A stretch of DNA of 64,000 bases from positions 6,758,001 to 6,822,000 of the forward strand of contig CM035357.1 in NCBI GenBank assembly GCA_020137815.1, given 5' to 3'. A model generated the notes under the pieces. That model was not told the origin of the DNA and did not search any database. It worked only from the letters and a program-made list of their open reading frames with translations. A program made the translations under genes and the position numbers. The stretch comes from Hormiphora californensis. Its lineage: Eukaryota > Animalia > Ctenophora. Shown one piece after another: positions 13,194 through 24,799 of the stretch (the stretch's first letter is position 1; every line of letters starts with the position of its first letter).

Positions 13194-14601
13194 ATGAGGC
13201 TGGTAAGGTTCTTGTTGAGGTACTACCCCCCTGGCATCATCCTGGAATACGAACAGGCCTCACAGGTAACTGGGATATATCTGAATTGTCTTGGATACCC
13301 ATTTAGATTTCCTCTTCACCGCCTCCGGGATGTCTTGCGGGGGCTCAACGCTCACAAGTTCGGCTAACAAATACTCCTTATCTATTGAAGTTCACTCCTA
13401 CCCTGCTACCAGGTCCGTACTAAAACGATAGATCTGCTGGACCTAACAGAGCGTACCAATGTGTTTGAGTTGGTTGCACAACTACAGCAGTCTGAACCTC
13501 TTATAACTGCCAACAAAGTCGACCAGGTAATTTAAATGTCATCTTCTTTTAACAATCTTCTAGAAAATTCCATCAAAGCGTTTTGAACTTTGAAATTCTT
13601 GGTAAATTAATTAAACTGGTGCCATTTATTTTTCTTTGAAATTCGACGCTATTTCCAATCCATTCGATAGAAGATCAATGCTATGACATAATGCTAAACT
13701 GTCTCTAGTTCTGAGATGCAGTTTCATAGAGTGTAACCCGTTTAGTTTATAATATCTTTGAGAATAATGGCACCAGTTTAGTTAAACGGTTTAACCACTA
13801 GGCACTACCAGCTTCCTAGCTGTCAATCTAGCTCCACCCTTCTCTAAAATTATATATTCTCTCACTCTCACATCAACCCTTTTCTACAAGACGACAGTTC
13901 TCTATAACACCTACTACTCAAACCTACTCTCTGTCCCAGGTTTCTAAGCTGTTACTAAAGCTCCAATCAAAGTTATGCTCTCTTGATAAGCACAAGTATG
14001 TGCACTACAAGACCCTTCGGACACATGTCCTACCGGTGACTAATGTGTGTTTTAACAAGAGTGGCTCAAAGTTTATATCTGGTGAGTGTCACGGGCACAG
14101 TTAGAATCAAACAGCCGTTGCTTGTCAACCCAATCTCTAAGGAATATAATGTCGTTTTTAGTTTTTAGCTGCTTTTAGCAAACTTATATCACTCACTTGA
14201 TTTTATAAACTGTATAGAAACTTTTATAATTTTCTCTAAACCTCTTGATCCCTCTATTTTTCAGGGAGCTATGACAGAACCTGTAAAGTTTGGGACACAC
14301 ACAAAGCCACTGAGTTGCACGTGTTGGACGGACATAAAAACGTGGTTTACGCAGTTGCATTCAACAACCCTTTTGGTGATAAAATTGTTACTGGATCGTT
14401 CGATAGGTACTAACTAAATTAATTGGTATCGAAGTTATCCCTCCCTTGCGTATTTATACAACTCTATGTTGGTTGTTTTTTCTTGTTTTATCGCCTTAAA
14501 AAGCATAATGATAATAAACGGTCATTGTTCATCTTGTTCGTGTGCGGTGTGAGAACAACTTCAATTTACTCCCCCCCCTCTCTCTCTCTCTCTCTCTCTC
14601 C

Positions 14602-14665
<64 letters not shown>

Positions 14666-15768
14666 ATCCCTCTCCCTTTCTCCCCCTGTCCCAACTCATC
14701 TAGCTATCACAATAACTCGTTCATCTTGCACTACTCAACCCTATCTTACAGAATTCTCATTTAATTGTCTCGTCTAACTATCTCCATGAAATACCTGTCC
14801 AGACTAGACCACCCACCACGCCATTCTCTGAGTTCACTGAGTTCACCCCCTCACTCATTATCCCACCCACCACGCCAGTATTCTCTGAGTTCACCCGTTA
14901 TCCCACCCACCACGCCAGTATTTATGCTCTGAGTTCATTATCCCATCCCCAGGACAGCCAAATTGTGGAGTACAGAAACAGGAAAGTGCTATCACACCTT
15001 CAAGGGTCATACAGCGGAGATAGTCTGTGTGGCGTTCAACCCATCTAGTACCTTGGTAGCTACTGGTAGTATGGACACCATGGGCAAGATTTGGGATGTG
15101 GAGAGTGGCTCTGAGATGGCATGTCTACAGGTATTGTTGTTGTTGTTGCCAAACTTGGTAACCGTCTTCCAAACTGATGAGTTGGTAAGGGGCTACCAAG
15201 TTACCAAGGATTTCCAAATCATATATTTTTCAAAAGAGAGAAAGGTGAAAGAAAGGCTAAGAATAGTGACATTACGTTTTGAGCGTGTTAAATGGTTACA
15301 CCTTTCCCACTGCTGTGGCTAAGTTTTGATTGCAAAAAGGAAGGGAAGTAAACTACTAGTAAACTACTCTCAAATTGAGTTTCGAAATTTTACCAAATCG
15401 TCTTTCAAAATCCAATGTGTTACACTATAGGCCAATTTCATGTAAAGTAGTAGTAATATACGCGGATTCGCGGAAAGCTTCGTGCCAATCGCGGATAACC
15501 AATCGCGGACAAGTGTATATCAATCGCGAAAACGATACGAGGATACGTGGATACGTGGATACTTATCCCAGATTTGTTATTTTTGTAGCTTTTTATTCTG
15601 TAAATTAGTAGGTTCTATGTACTTGGGTGAGCAAATCAGTAAAAGTGAGAGCAACAAGATTCATTGTTATAGCTCTCAGCTAGTAGGAGACGGAGTCATT
15701 CATTGAACAGGGTGTTCTATTGTTACTAGTCTTGTACATGCCTCTCTCTATCTCCTCTCTCTCTCTCT

Positions 15769-15820
<52 letters not shown>

Positions 15821-18617
15821 ATCTATCTATCTTCCTTTCTCTCTCTGGAGTTCCTTTTCACTGGCTCCGATCATCAGTCATGACCTTCCTCTTACTCTCC
15901 CTCTCGATTCTTAAAGACACACATTTCAAGAGTATGCTTCGCTTTGTCGTGACCCTCTGTTTAGCTCTGCTAGCCGGTAAGAAAACGATTTGATTTCCGC
16001 TAGACTGACCAAGAAAAGTCAACCAATTGTTTATGCTACCTTACTGTCTACTCAATGAGTAGTACTCATCCAGCGCTGACACACTCTTTTACAGACGGCT
16101 TTCAAAGCTCTCTAAAGTTTCCTGGTGAGAGTTCTATTGCCAACTATGGGATCCAGAAAACATTCTACGACACAGAGAAGGAGCCAATAACCGAGTTAAC
16201 TATTTCTCTCTGGATCTTGTATGATGACCTTCCCAACAGTAAAAAAAATGAAATGCCTTTCTCCTATGCTATATCAAATTATGTTGATTCGATTATAGTG
16301 TGTAAATTTAAAGGGACGGAAAACAACATGGTATATGTCAATTTCGGGCTTTTCCGTGGAAATGGATGGCCTGAAACAAGTAAGTCGCGTGATTTATCTT
16401 CGTTAATGCCATGTAAATTAAGTTTTCTCATCACGATACTTCCCTCCCAGAGATTGCTTTTGTCCCAAACCAATGGCTACACACTGTGTTTGTCTACGAT
16501 GGGACCACTGCATCTCTCTTTATTAATGGGGAGTTGGTAAATGAAGTCAAGAAGTCAAAGGCTGGCAGGGTTATTGAAAGAGATGGAATACTTGTTCTAG
16601 GACAGGTCAGTAGTTATACTCCTAGTTCATCTGAGAACTGTGACATTTAGTACTGAGATACCTCTACAGAGAATTTTGAAACAGTTTGCAAAGATGGTAT
16701 TAATTCAATGTCCCATTTTAAATCACTGTTTTTCTAAACTTTAGGACCAAGATCAACTTGGAGGAGGGTTTGATGTTCGCAACGCTTTCTCGGGTCTAGA
16801 GATTTCACGTCCGGTTTGGTTGGATAGGGCGATTGATAGCAGCGAAGTGACAACACTATACCAGTCAGATAGCTACAGCGGAGTTAACAGAATTGAATGG
16901 GGGAGAATGGAGTTACACGGAAATGTTTCATTGGTTACCAAACAACGTAGGAAGGGGGTCGGTGGAACGAGGGAGATTTTGTAGTGGTGTTTAAAATAGG
17001 GATTTTATCGGGGAAACTTGGGTGAAATTCTTTGGAAAGTTAGGGCACTTTCCAAAGCAATTTAATACTTAACTTCTTCCCTTTTATTCCCTTATTGTTG
17101 TTAATTTCTCTCCTTCTTTTATGTTACAACAATTAATCCTTCTCTTCCCTTTCAGTAAGTGTTTGATTCTGCACAGAAATTGTTAATCCACGAACCATCG
17201 TTTCCACGATTGATATCCACTTATCTGCGACTGATATCCGCGACTGATATCCGCCATTCAATTTGCTATCTTATCCGCGATCAAGCAGTTCCGCGATTGA
17301 TATAGCCAGAATTTTGGATAGAGTGGCTCACATGAGTCATGACCAAAATTGGATTTTGAATTATCCCCCTCCTAAAGCCACGGCACATCTCTCATCCTGC
17401 CTCTCTCTCCCTTCCAGGGTCACACATCCGAGATAATATCAATCCAGTTCAGTAACTTAGGAGACAAAGTTGTTACGGGTAGCTTTGATAATAGCGTCAG
17501 CATTTGGGATGTGGAATCGGGCCACAAAATATTATCACTACTAGGTGTGTATGTGATACCCTGGATTTATGTACTAAATCAAACAATCTTGTGTTTTACA
17601 ATAACCTAACACATCCTTCCTCTCTCTCTTGCAGGTCACCGGGGGGAGATATCCAATGCGGTAATTAGTTATGATGACTCTCTAATAGCATCTGGATCAA
17701 TGGATAAAACCTGCAAATTATGGGACACCAGGTTAGCTTTTTACAAATGTAAATACACATAGTTAATTGGTCGATGTAGTTGATTAATTACATTCAACAC
17801 CAAAATACTAGTTTCTCCCTTACCTTTACATCTTCGCAGATCTGGTACATGTGTGGAGACACTGTATGGTCATACAGATGAGGTTCTAGATATCGCATTT
17901 GATCATCGGGGTCGACAACTTCTATCTGCTTCGGCTGATACAACAGGTTTATACTAGTCCCCTGTTAATTAATTTTAGTACCATTCTTTCTTCTTCTTCT
18001 TGGAGGCCGTCTCCATTGGTTGAGATTAAGGGTTGGAACCATAGAGTTTCCTTTCCCCGGCCTGGTTTTATTCACATTCAATAGTACTTTTATTATGTAT
18101 CAATATGCCCATATTTATCAAATTATCTGTTTTCCATCACAGCTCGAGTGTTCGACGTTGCCACATTTAAATGTCTGTCCACCTTTGTGGGACATGAGCG
18201 GGAGATCAGCAAGGCGACGTTTAACCCTAGCGGAAAGAGGGTAGCAACTGCTAGCAGTGATAGCACTGTGCGTATCTGGGATATTGCATCTAGCAACTGT
18301 CTTCAGGTAATTAGTCCATAATCAGTGGTGGATTCACCCTTTGAATGATCCCTACTCGGCTTTAGTGAGATACCCTGTCTTAAACTCCCATCTCTCTCCT
18401 CCCCCGAATGATATTGAATCCCATTTCTTTCTATCTTATCTCACTCCAACTGTAGTAATACTGACTCCATATATCTCTCCAGGTATTAGAAGGGCACACT
18501 GACGAAGTATTCAGCTGTCAATTCAACTATTCAGGGGACATGTTAATCAGTGGAAGCAAGGACAATACATGTAGATTGTGGAGGGATGAGAACGCTGAGC
18601 GGATGGCAGCAGCATAA
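13194..18617 (+). CDS. DAW1: Dynein assembly factor with WD repeats 1 (WDR69/ODA16)
   Basis: N-terminus [29 protein letters not shown], followed by WD40 repeats. Exons about 13194-13265, 13413-13526, 13940-14081, 14265-14406, 14953-15130, 17418-17544, 17635-17731, 17840-17946, 18143-18306, 18483-18617. Confidence 0.95.
13612..13780. mobile_element. Small MITE-like inverted repeat in DAW1 intron 2
   Basis: TAAACTGGTGCCATT ... AATGGCACCAGTTTA. Confidence 0.55.
15404..17360. mobile_element. Degenerate long-inverted-repeat element enclosing the pentraxin gene
   Basis: Ends TTCAAAATCCAAT / ATTGGATTTTGAA; subterminal AATCGCGGATA-like repeats on the left are mirrored as TATCCGCGAT-like repeats on the right. 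No clear TSD. Confidence 0.6.
15934..16984 (+). CDS. Secreted pentraxin-domain protein nested in DAW1 intron 5, same strand
   Basis: Exons 15934-15976 (signal peptide [14 protein letters not shown]), 16095-16379, 16451-16605, 16745-16984, all in phase. Motifs [49 protein letters not shown]. Confidence 0.9.
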
Positions 18618-19357
18618 CAATAGTGTTGCTGCAGTCTCGGGGGTCTCCCTCTCTCTCTCTCGTGGTGTGAGAAAGGGGGCTGAGATTTAGTTTGGTAATT
18701 TATTTAGTTGGGTTTGTGTGTACAGTAGTAGAAGGGTGCAGGTCACTCTGATATCTCCCTCTCTGGATAGTGGCAACTGGCACCTGATATATGTGAACCG
18801 ACTGAACTTTGTTGTATCGGTTCGATCGCTGCTAATCGATTGCTGCATCTTGTTTGATGTCAGGAACGCGCGGATATCTCTGTGTAGGGAGTCTAGCGCG
18901 CACATCGCAACCTGTTTGAAGAAGTGAACACTAGCAACGCGGGGTCGTCAACATTCAACTCAGTCATAATCAACTCATGCAGCCATAATCAACTCATGAA
19001 TTGAAGTTTATTTTCGTCATCTGCAGAGCAGATAGATATGGTCGGTTTTAGGTGGCACCTAAACGGTGTAAAATATGTGTTAGTTTCAGATCAGTGTGTG
19101 TTATAATTTGTTTTTTCAAGTTTTTACTCTCTCTGTATACATGTGCATCTCTCTGTACAACTCTATGTAGATTTATCTTTACTTGTGTAAAATTGGGGTG
19201 TTTTAACTCGAGTTCATTCCCAGCCCTACCCAGGCTACCCTCTCAGAAGCTCCCCTGACCCCTCCACCAAATTACAAGTTGACACCAAACTCCCTCCCCA
19301 AATTACAAGTTGGCTCCATCTCCCCAAATCATCCCATATAACCTGTCTCATTTTAGG

Positions 19358-22300
19358 ATGAATTGGATATTCCTCCTCCTCCTATCCTTGTTCACTCCAG
19401 GATTTAATACAGCACACACCAATAACTGGGCTGTAATAGTCGATGCGAGCCGGTACTGGTTCAACTATCGACATGTAGCTAATGCTCTATCTATCTATTA
19501 CTCTGTTAAACGACTGGGTAAGGTTTGACATGTAGATCATTTTATACAAAAAGAGAGGAAGAGATTCGAGAATTTGTTATTTCGCAATATTATTTCAAGA
19601 ATCCTGTGACGCGTCCTGATAGCTGCGCTTTTTCAAAATTGTTCATCCAGCCCTCTTGGAAAGACTAATTTCCTTGTTTCAGGTATCCCTGATAGTCACA
19701 TAATCCTGATGTTATCAGACGACATGGCGTGTAACCCTCGTAACCCCACGTCCGCTCAGGTAAGTACACAGGTCACGCTATCCCTTGGTTATGAAATTAC
19801 CCCTCATCGCGAGCCTAGCTCCCGGAGCGTAATAGGGGTGACTTCGTAACCCCGTGTAGGTCAAACCATCCCTGTCAAGTGTCAAAAATAGGGCCCCAAT
19901 TGTTAGTTGAGATAGTCCCGTCTTGGTAAAAGAAAGATAGCGACCTTTCCAGATTGTATCATTCGAGTCTCACAAGTTGTCCCTACTCAGAGCTGCTAGT
20001 GTTACCGATGTAGAAAAGTCAACCCGAGTCTTGACAAACTTCCTAAAGCTGCTCATTCTTGCAAAATATATCATCGGGTTTACTGCCGCATTGATTGCCA
20101 CTAAATACACACTTCCCACACAGAGAAAAGTTCCAGTAAGGCGTACAAGCTTCACCCCGAATAGGATCTCTATATCGTAGTTAGTCATGAAGAGATAATG
20201 AGGTACATTGCATGTAAAGAAGAGGAGGATCATCAGAAATACCGTGTTAGCTGCCCGTTCCCTGTTCCTTACCTCCCGCTCCAGGCCCGGTGTAGGGGGT
20301 TGGGCAGAGCGTCGTTTCAGGAGGCAGAACGCTAGAAGTGAGCTGACTATAGTGGTTACCATGGGGATGGTATACATGGTAGAATACAGGAAGTGGTATG
20401 GAACCATTATACTCTCATCTAGACTTGTAACTGTCCAATCACACGTTCCTGTATATGAGGTATACACCCTCACCCCACTCCAATCGGGACTACTCTCATA
20501 CAGGATGAGGTAGGCCAAGACCGCCCCTAGGGATGCCCAAACTGCCCTAGGGGGAATGTGGCGGAAGGGATCGTAGACGGATATTAGGCGAGCTATGGAC
20601 AGGATGCATGTCGTGAAGATACTGAGACGAGAGAGAATATTCCACATCCAGCTGTAGGTGATACATGTGAAGGTCACGGAGGCTGTCTTGATGTCGTAAT
20701 CTGAAGGAATATTCATCAATTTAATAGCTGAAGGGTTTATCTGCTACTGATTTATTGACATGAACTACATAGGTGAATGGTGAATGACAACTGAGAAGTA
20801 CCTCTTACCCAGGATAATAAGAATGGCAGTATGAAGCATTAGAGCACACAACACAGAATCAGTCGCACTCAGCAACAAACAAATCTTATCTGAAAATAGT
20901 GGGTCATACAGATTAGGTAATACTAAAGAATACTGCCCGAACCGGTCTGAAGGCACTGTAACTTGTTCGAAAATGTATTCATAAGAACGGGGAGGGTGGT
21001 GTTGTATTCAACAAACCTGAGACAGTACTCTTGTATCTCCTGGTAAAGTAGGCCAGTGCCACCAAGTTGGCTGGTAGTCCAAACAGGAAACAGGAAAGAG
21101 CAACCAAACAGAGAACTGTTCGAATGATTGGAGACTCGCTAATTGCTGGTCCTCCTGCTGGGGCTTCAGGAGGAAACAAAATCATGATGGTGGCTAATGA
21201 AGTCGTTAATTAGGAGAAATGGTACTTATCAAATAGCTGCTTCTGGTAACTCTGACAGCTGAGAGTTACAGACAAAAGATTTAGTACTAAAATCAAGAAT
21301 GAAACAACGATAATAATACACCCGTTGCCGTTATTAGGAGAATTGATACATACCATAACACACAACGGACGCATGGTCCCTGTGAAATGGTTGCGAGAGA
21401 GCTGAAAGAAAAAAAAAGACAAAGGATGTAGCAGTAAAATCAAGAATGAAATTTTGACGTAGCATAATCGCTTTAACTCTTATAGTGTCTCCTGCCGTCT
21501 ATCCACCTGTCCCAAGGGTAGCGATGCGAGGTAGAGAAATATAGGGCCTACATAACATTTATCTTTCAGATTTAAAATCGAGAAATATATTTTCAGATTT
21601 TCAACAACAGAGATCGGCATGTTCAGATATACCCTGACGATGTAGAGGTAAAACTAAGCACATAGCAGTTAGCACCCCTTCCCTGGCACCTGTTACCATA
21701 TAACATATCAAGTTCAAGAGATAAAGATGAAAATGGCAGCTATATATAGCTGCCATTTTCATCTTTATCTCTTCAACTCATCTCAATCTCTTCCATTTCG
21801 ATTTCCCCCGTTCTTATCAAATCAAATCAATCTCAGTCTATCCCTAACTCTGCAATCATAAGAAATACCTCCTCCCGACCTCCCTCCTCTCAGATAAGTT
21901 TGAACCCTCCCTAGGTCGACTATCGAGATAGTGAGGTTACAGTTGAGAACTTCTTCCGAGTTCTAACAGACAGACTCCCCGAGGGTACACCACGGTCTAA
22001 GAGGCTAATGAGTGATGAAAACAGCAACATCCTAGTCTATCTGACAGGTATTATAGTCACTGGGATTTGTTGGTATGTTCTAGCCCTCCTTTACATTTGG
22101 AGCACACGGAAAGGGGTCGAGCTAGGCAAGGGATTTCATAATCAGGGAACAGCTGGTATGTTAGGAAATAATGCGTTGTTGGTCGAGATCTATGGGATAA
22201 CGGATAAATTTTATCAAAATATAAACCACCCCCCCTGCTGATATTTCCCGCAGTCTACTGTGGTATATCAAATAATTCCCTCCCTCTGTTTTCACACCTT

Positions 22301-24688
22301 TCATAATTCCCGGGGTCGTTTTATAAGAAATAACCACGGCTAGTAAAGTGATGAAATTTGATAATCCCCTACGGGGATTATCACACGATATTCCCCTCGT
22401 CACTCCGTTCCTCGTGGATATCGTATTGATATACCAGCCTAATAGGCTGGTATATCAGATTTCATCCCTCTACTAACCGGGTTTTTTTTTTTTTTTTTTT
22501 TTTTTCGTATCTTCTCCGCATCCATAGTTTTGCAAGGAGTTAACCTTTGTTTCTGTATCTCAAGGGCTGCCTTACAAAACATGAATTCACCGCGCCCCAT
22601 CTTGCCCTCTGTCTTTTCGACACGAACGCTGCACAGCCCTGCTCTCTCCGTCACATGAGTATAGACTGCTAATTGAATATCAACATTGATGGTTGCTCTT
22701 CAATCAAGAGTCGCACGAGAGAGCAGCATGGTTGTACAGCTAGACAACATGGTTTGGGATGGCATTAGTTCCGACGGCACAACCTTATACAGCGCTTGGC
22801 CAGCGCGGGGTGAACCTGCCAGGGCCGTCCCGACCACTCTCTTTTTTCAGAAAGAGCCTAAAATTTACGAGCTACAATTGGTAATTTGGGTCGGGGGCAG
22901 GTCGGTAGAACTTCGACAGAATTTAGGGTAGGTCAATTTAGGGTAGGTCAGAATTTAGGGTAGGTCAATTTAGGGTAGGTCTGAATTTAGGGTAGGTCAA
23001 TTTAGGGTAGGTCTGAATTTAGGCTAGGTCTGAATTTAGGGTAGGTCAATTTAGGGTAGGTCTGAATTTAGGGTAGGTCCGTAATGTATCAAAGCATTGC
23101 AATTCGACATTAGGTTCTGATTAGGTCGCTGAACCGCGTCCCGTATCTCATATCAACTCATTTCAATTCGATCTTAGTCACCGATTAGGTCGCTGAACCA
23201 CGTCCCGTATCTCGTGTCAACTCATTTCAATTCGAGGTTAGACACAAATTAGGTCCCTGAAACACGTCCCGTATCTCGTATCAACTCATTTCAATTCGAT
23301 CTTAGTCACCGATTGGGTCGCTGAACAGCGTCCCGTATCTCGTATCAACTCATTGAAATTCGAGGTTAGACACAGATTAGGTCACTGAACCACGTCCCGT
23401 ATCTTGTATCAAATCATTACAATTCGAGGTTAGACACAAATTAGATGGCAAACGAATTGTTTTTTTTTCTTAAACAGGTTTCAACTCAGGATGGAACTCT
23501 AAAAGTCTACGTACATTTATAAACTAATCAGTGAACAGTCAAACAGTCCTAATTTCATTTGATGCGATACGGAACACAGTCTACCGACCTAACTCAGTTC
23601 ACCTACTTTAAGTAGTACTTAGTGTCGATGGAATTGCAATGAGTTGATACGAGATACGGGACGTGGTTCAGCGACCTAATCAGAACCTAATCTCGAATTG
23701 CAATGATTTGATAAACGATACGTTACGGACCGGGGGGGGGGGGGGGTTCAGGATAAATGGTTCGGACGTATATGCCACTTAAGGGGGTGGGTGTTTTTTC
23801 AAAATTGCCACTTAGTGTTTTTGGCTAAATGGTCATTTTTTGGCCAAATTTGGTCAATTTTCGGCCAAATTTGGTCAATTTTCGGTAAAAATTGAGATTC
23901 TTCGAGGTGGACCTGAAAAATTTTCAATTTTTAAAATTCAAATTTCAATTTTATCGCGCCCGAAAATTTTTTCTGGAAATTTTTTGGTTTTGTTCCCAGA
24001 AAACAGCCTAAATTTTGCCTTTTTTGGGGCAAAAAAGCTAGTTTTTCGGTAAATTTTGGGGGTTTAGGGGTCTATTTGGGGTTTGACCACTAAAAGAAAC
24101 TGATTAAGTGGTCAATTTTAGGGGGTGGGGGGGTCCTTTTGGATTTTGACCACTTAAGCAATTTTTAGGCATATACGTCCGACCACTTAATCCTGAACCC
24201 CCCCCCCCCCCCCCCCCCCCCCGTACGGACCTACCTTAAATTCAGACCTACCCTAAATTCAGACCTACCCTAAATTCAGACCTACCCTAAATTCAGACCT
24301 GCCCTAAATTCAGACCTACCCTAAATTCAGACCTACCCTAAATTCAGACCTACCCTAAATTCAGACCTACCCTAAATTCTGTCGAAGTTCTACCGACCTG
24401 CCGGGTCGGGACTGCACCCTAGCAAGTGTAGTTGATAGAAGTAGGGGGAGAGAGAGAGAGAGAGTGAGAGAGAGAGAGAAAGAGGGAGAACGGATAAAAT
24501 CAGTATACACAATGTATAAAGGCAAGATCCGATCCCGGCTGGCTCCTACTGACATATATTAACAATATTATAAAATTCTTTGCTTCGGAGAAAAGAATTG
24601 AAATAGAAGAAAGAGGAGAGAGGGGGAAGAGGAGATAGAGAGGATAAAGGGGGGAAATTTTTTGGGAATTTTTTCGGGAAATTTTTTG

Positions 24689-24723
<35 letters not shown>

Positions 24724-24766
24724 CCCCCCCCCCCTTTTTTTTTTGGCCCCCCCTTTTTTTTTGGGG

Positions 24767-24799
<33 letters not shown>

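Noticed and set aside
22920-23080. TTTAGGG telomere-like array
   Set aside because: The motif is embedded in a 15-18-bp subterminal unit of a fold-back element, not a pure telomeric repeat.
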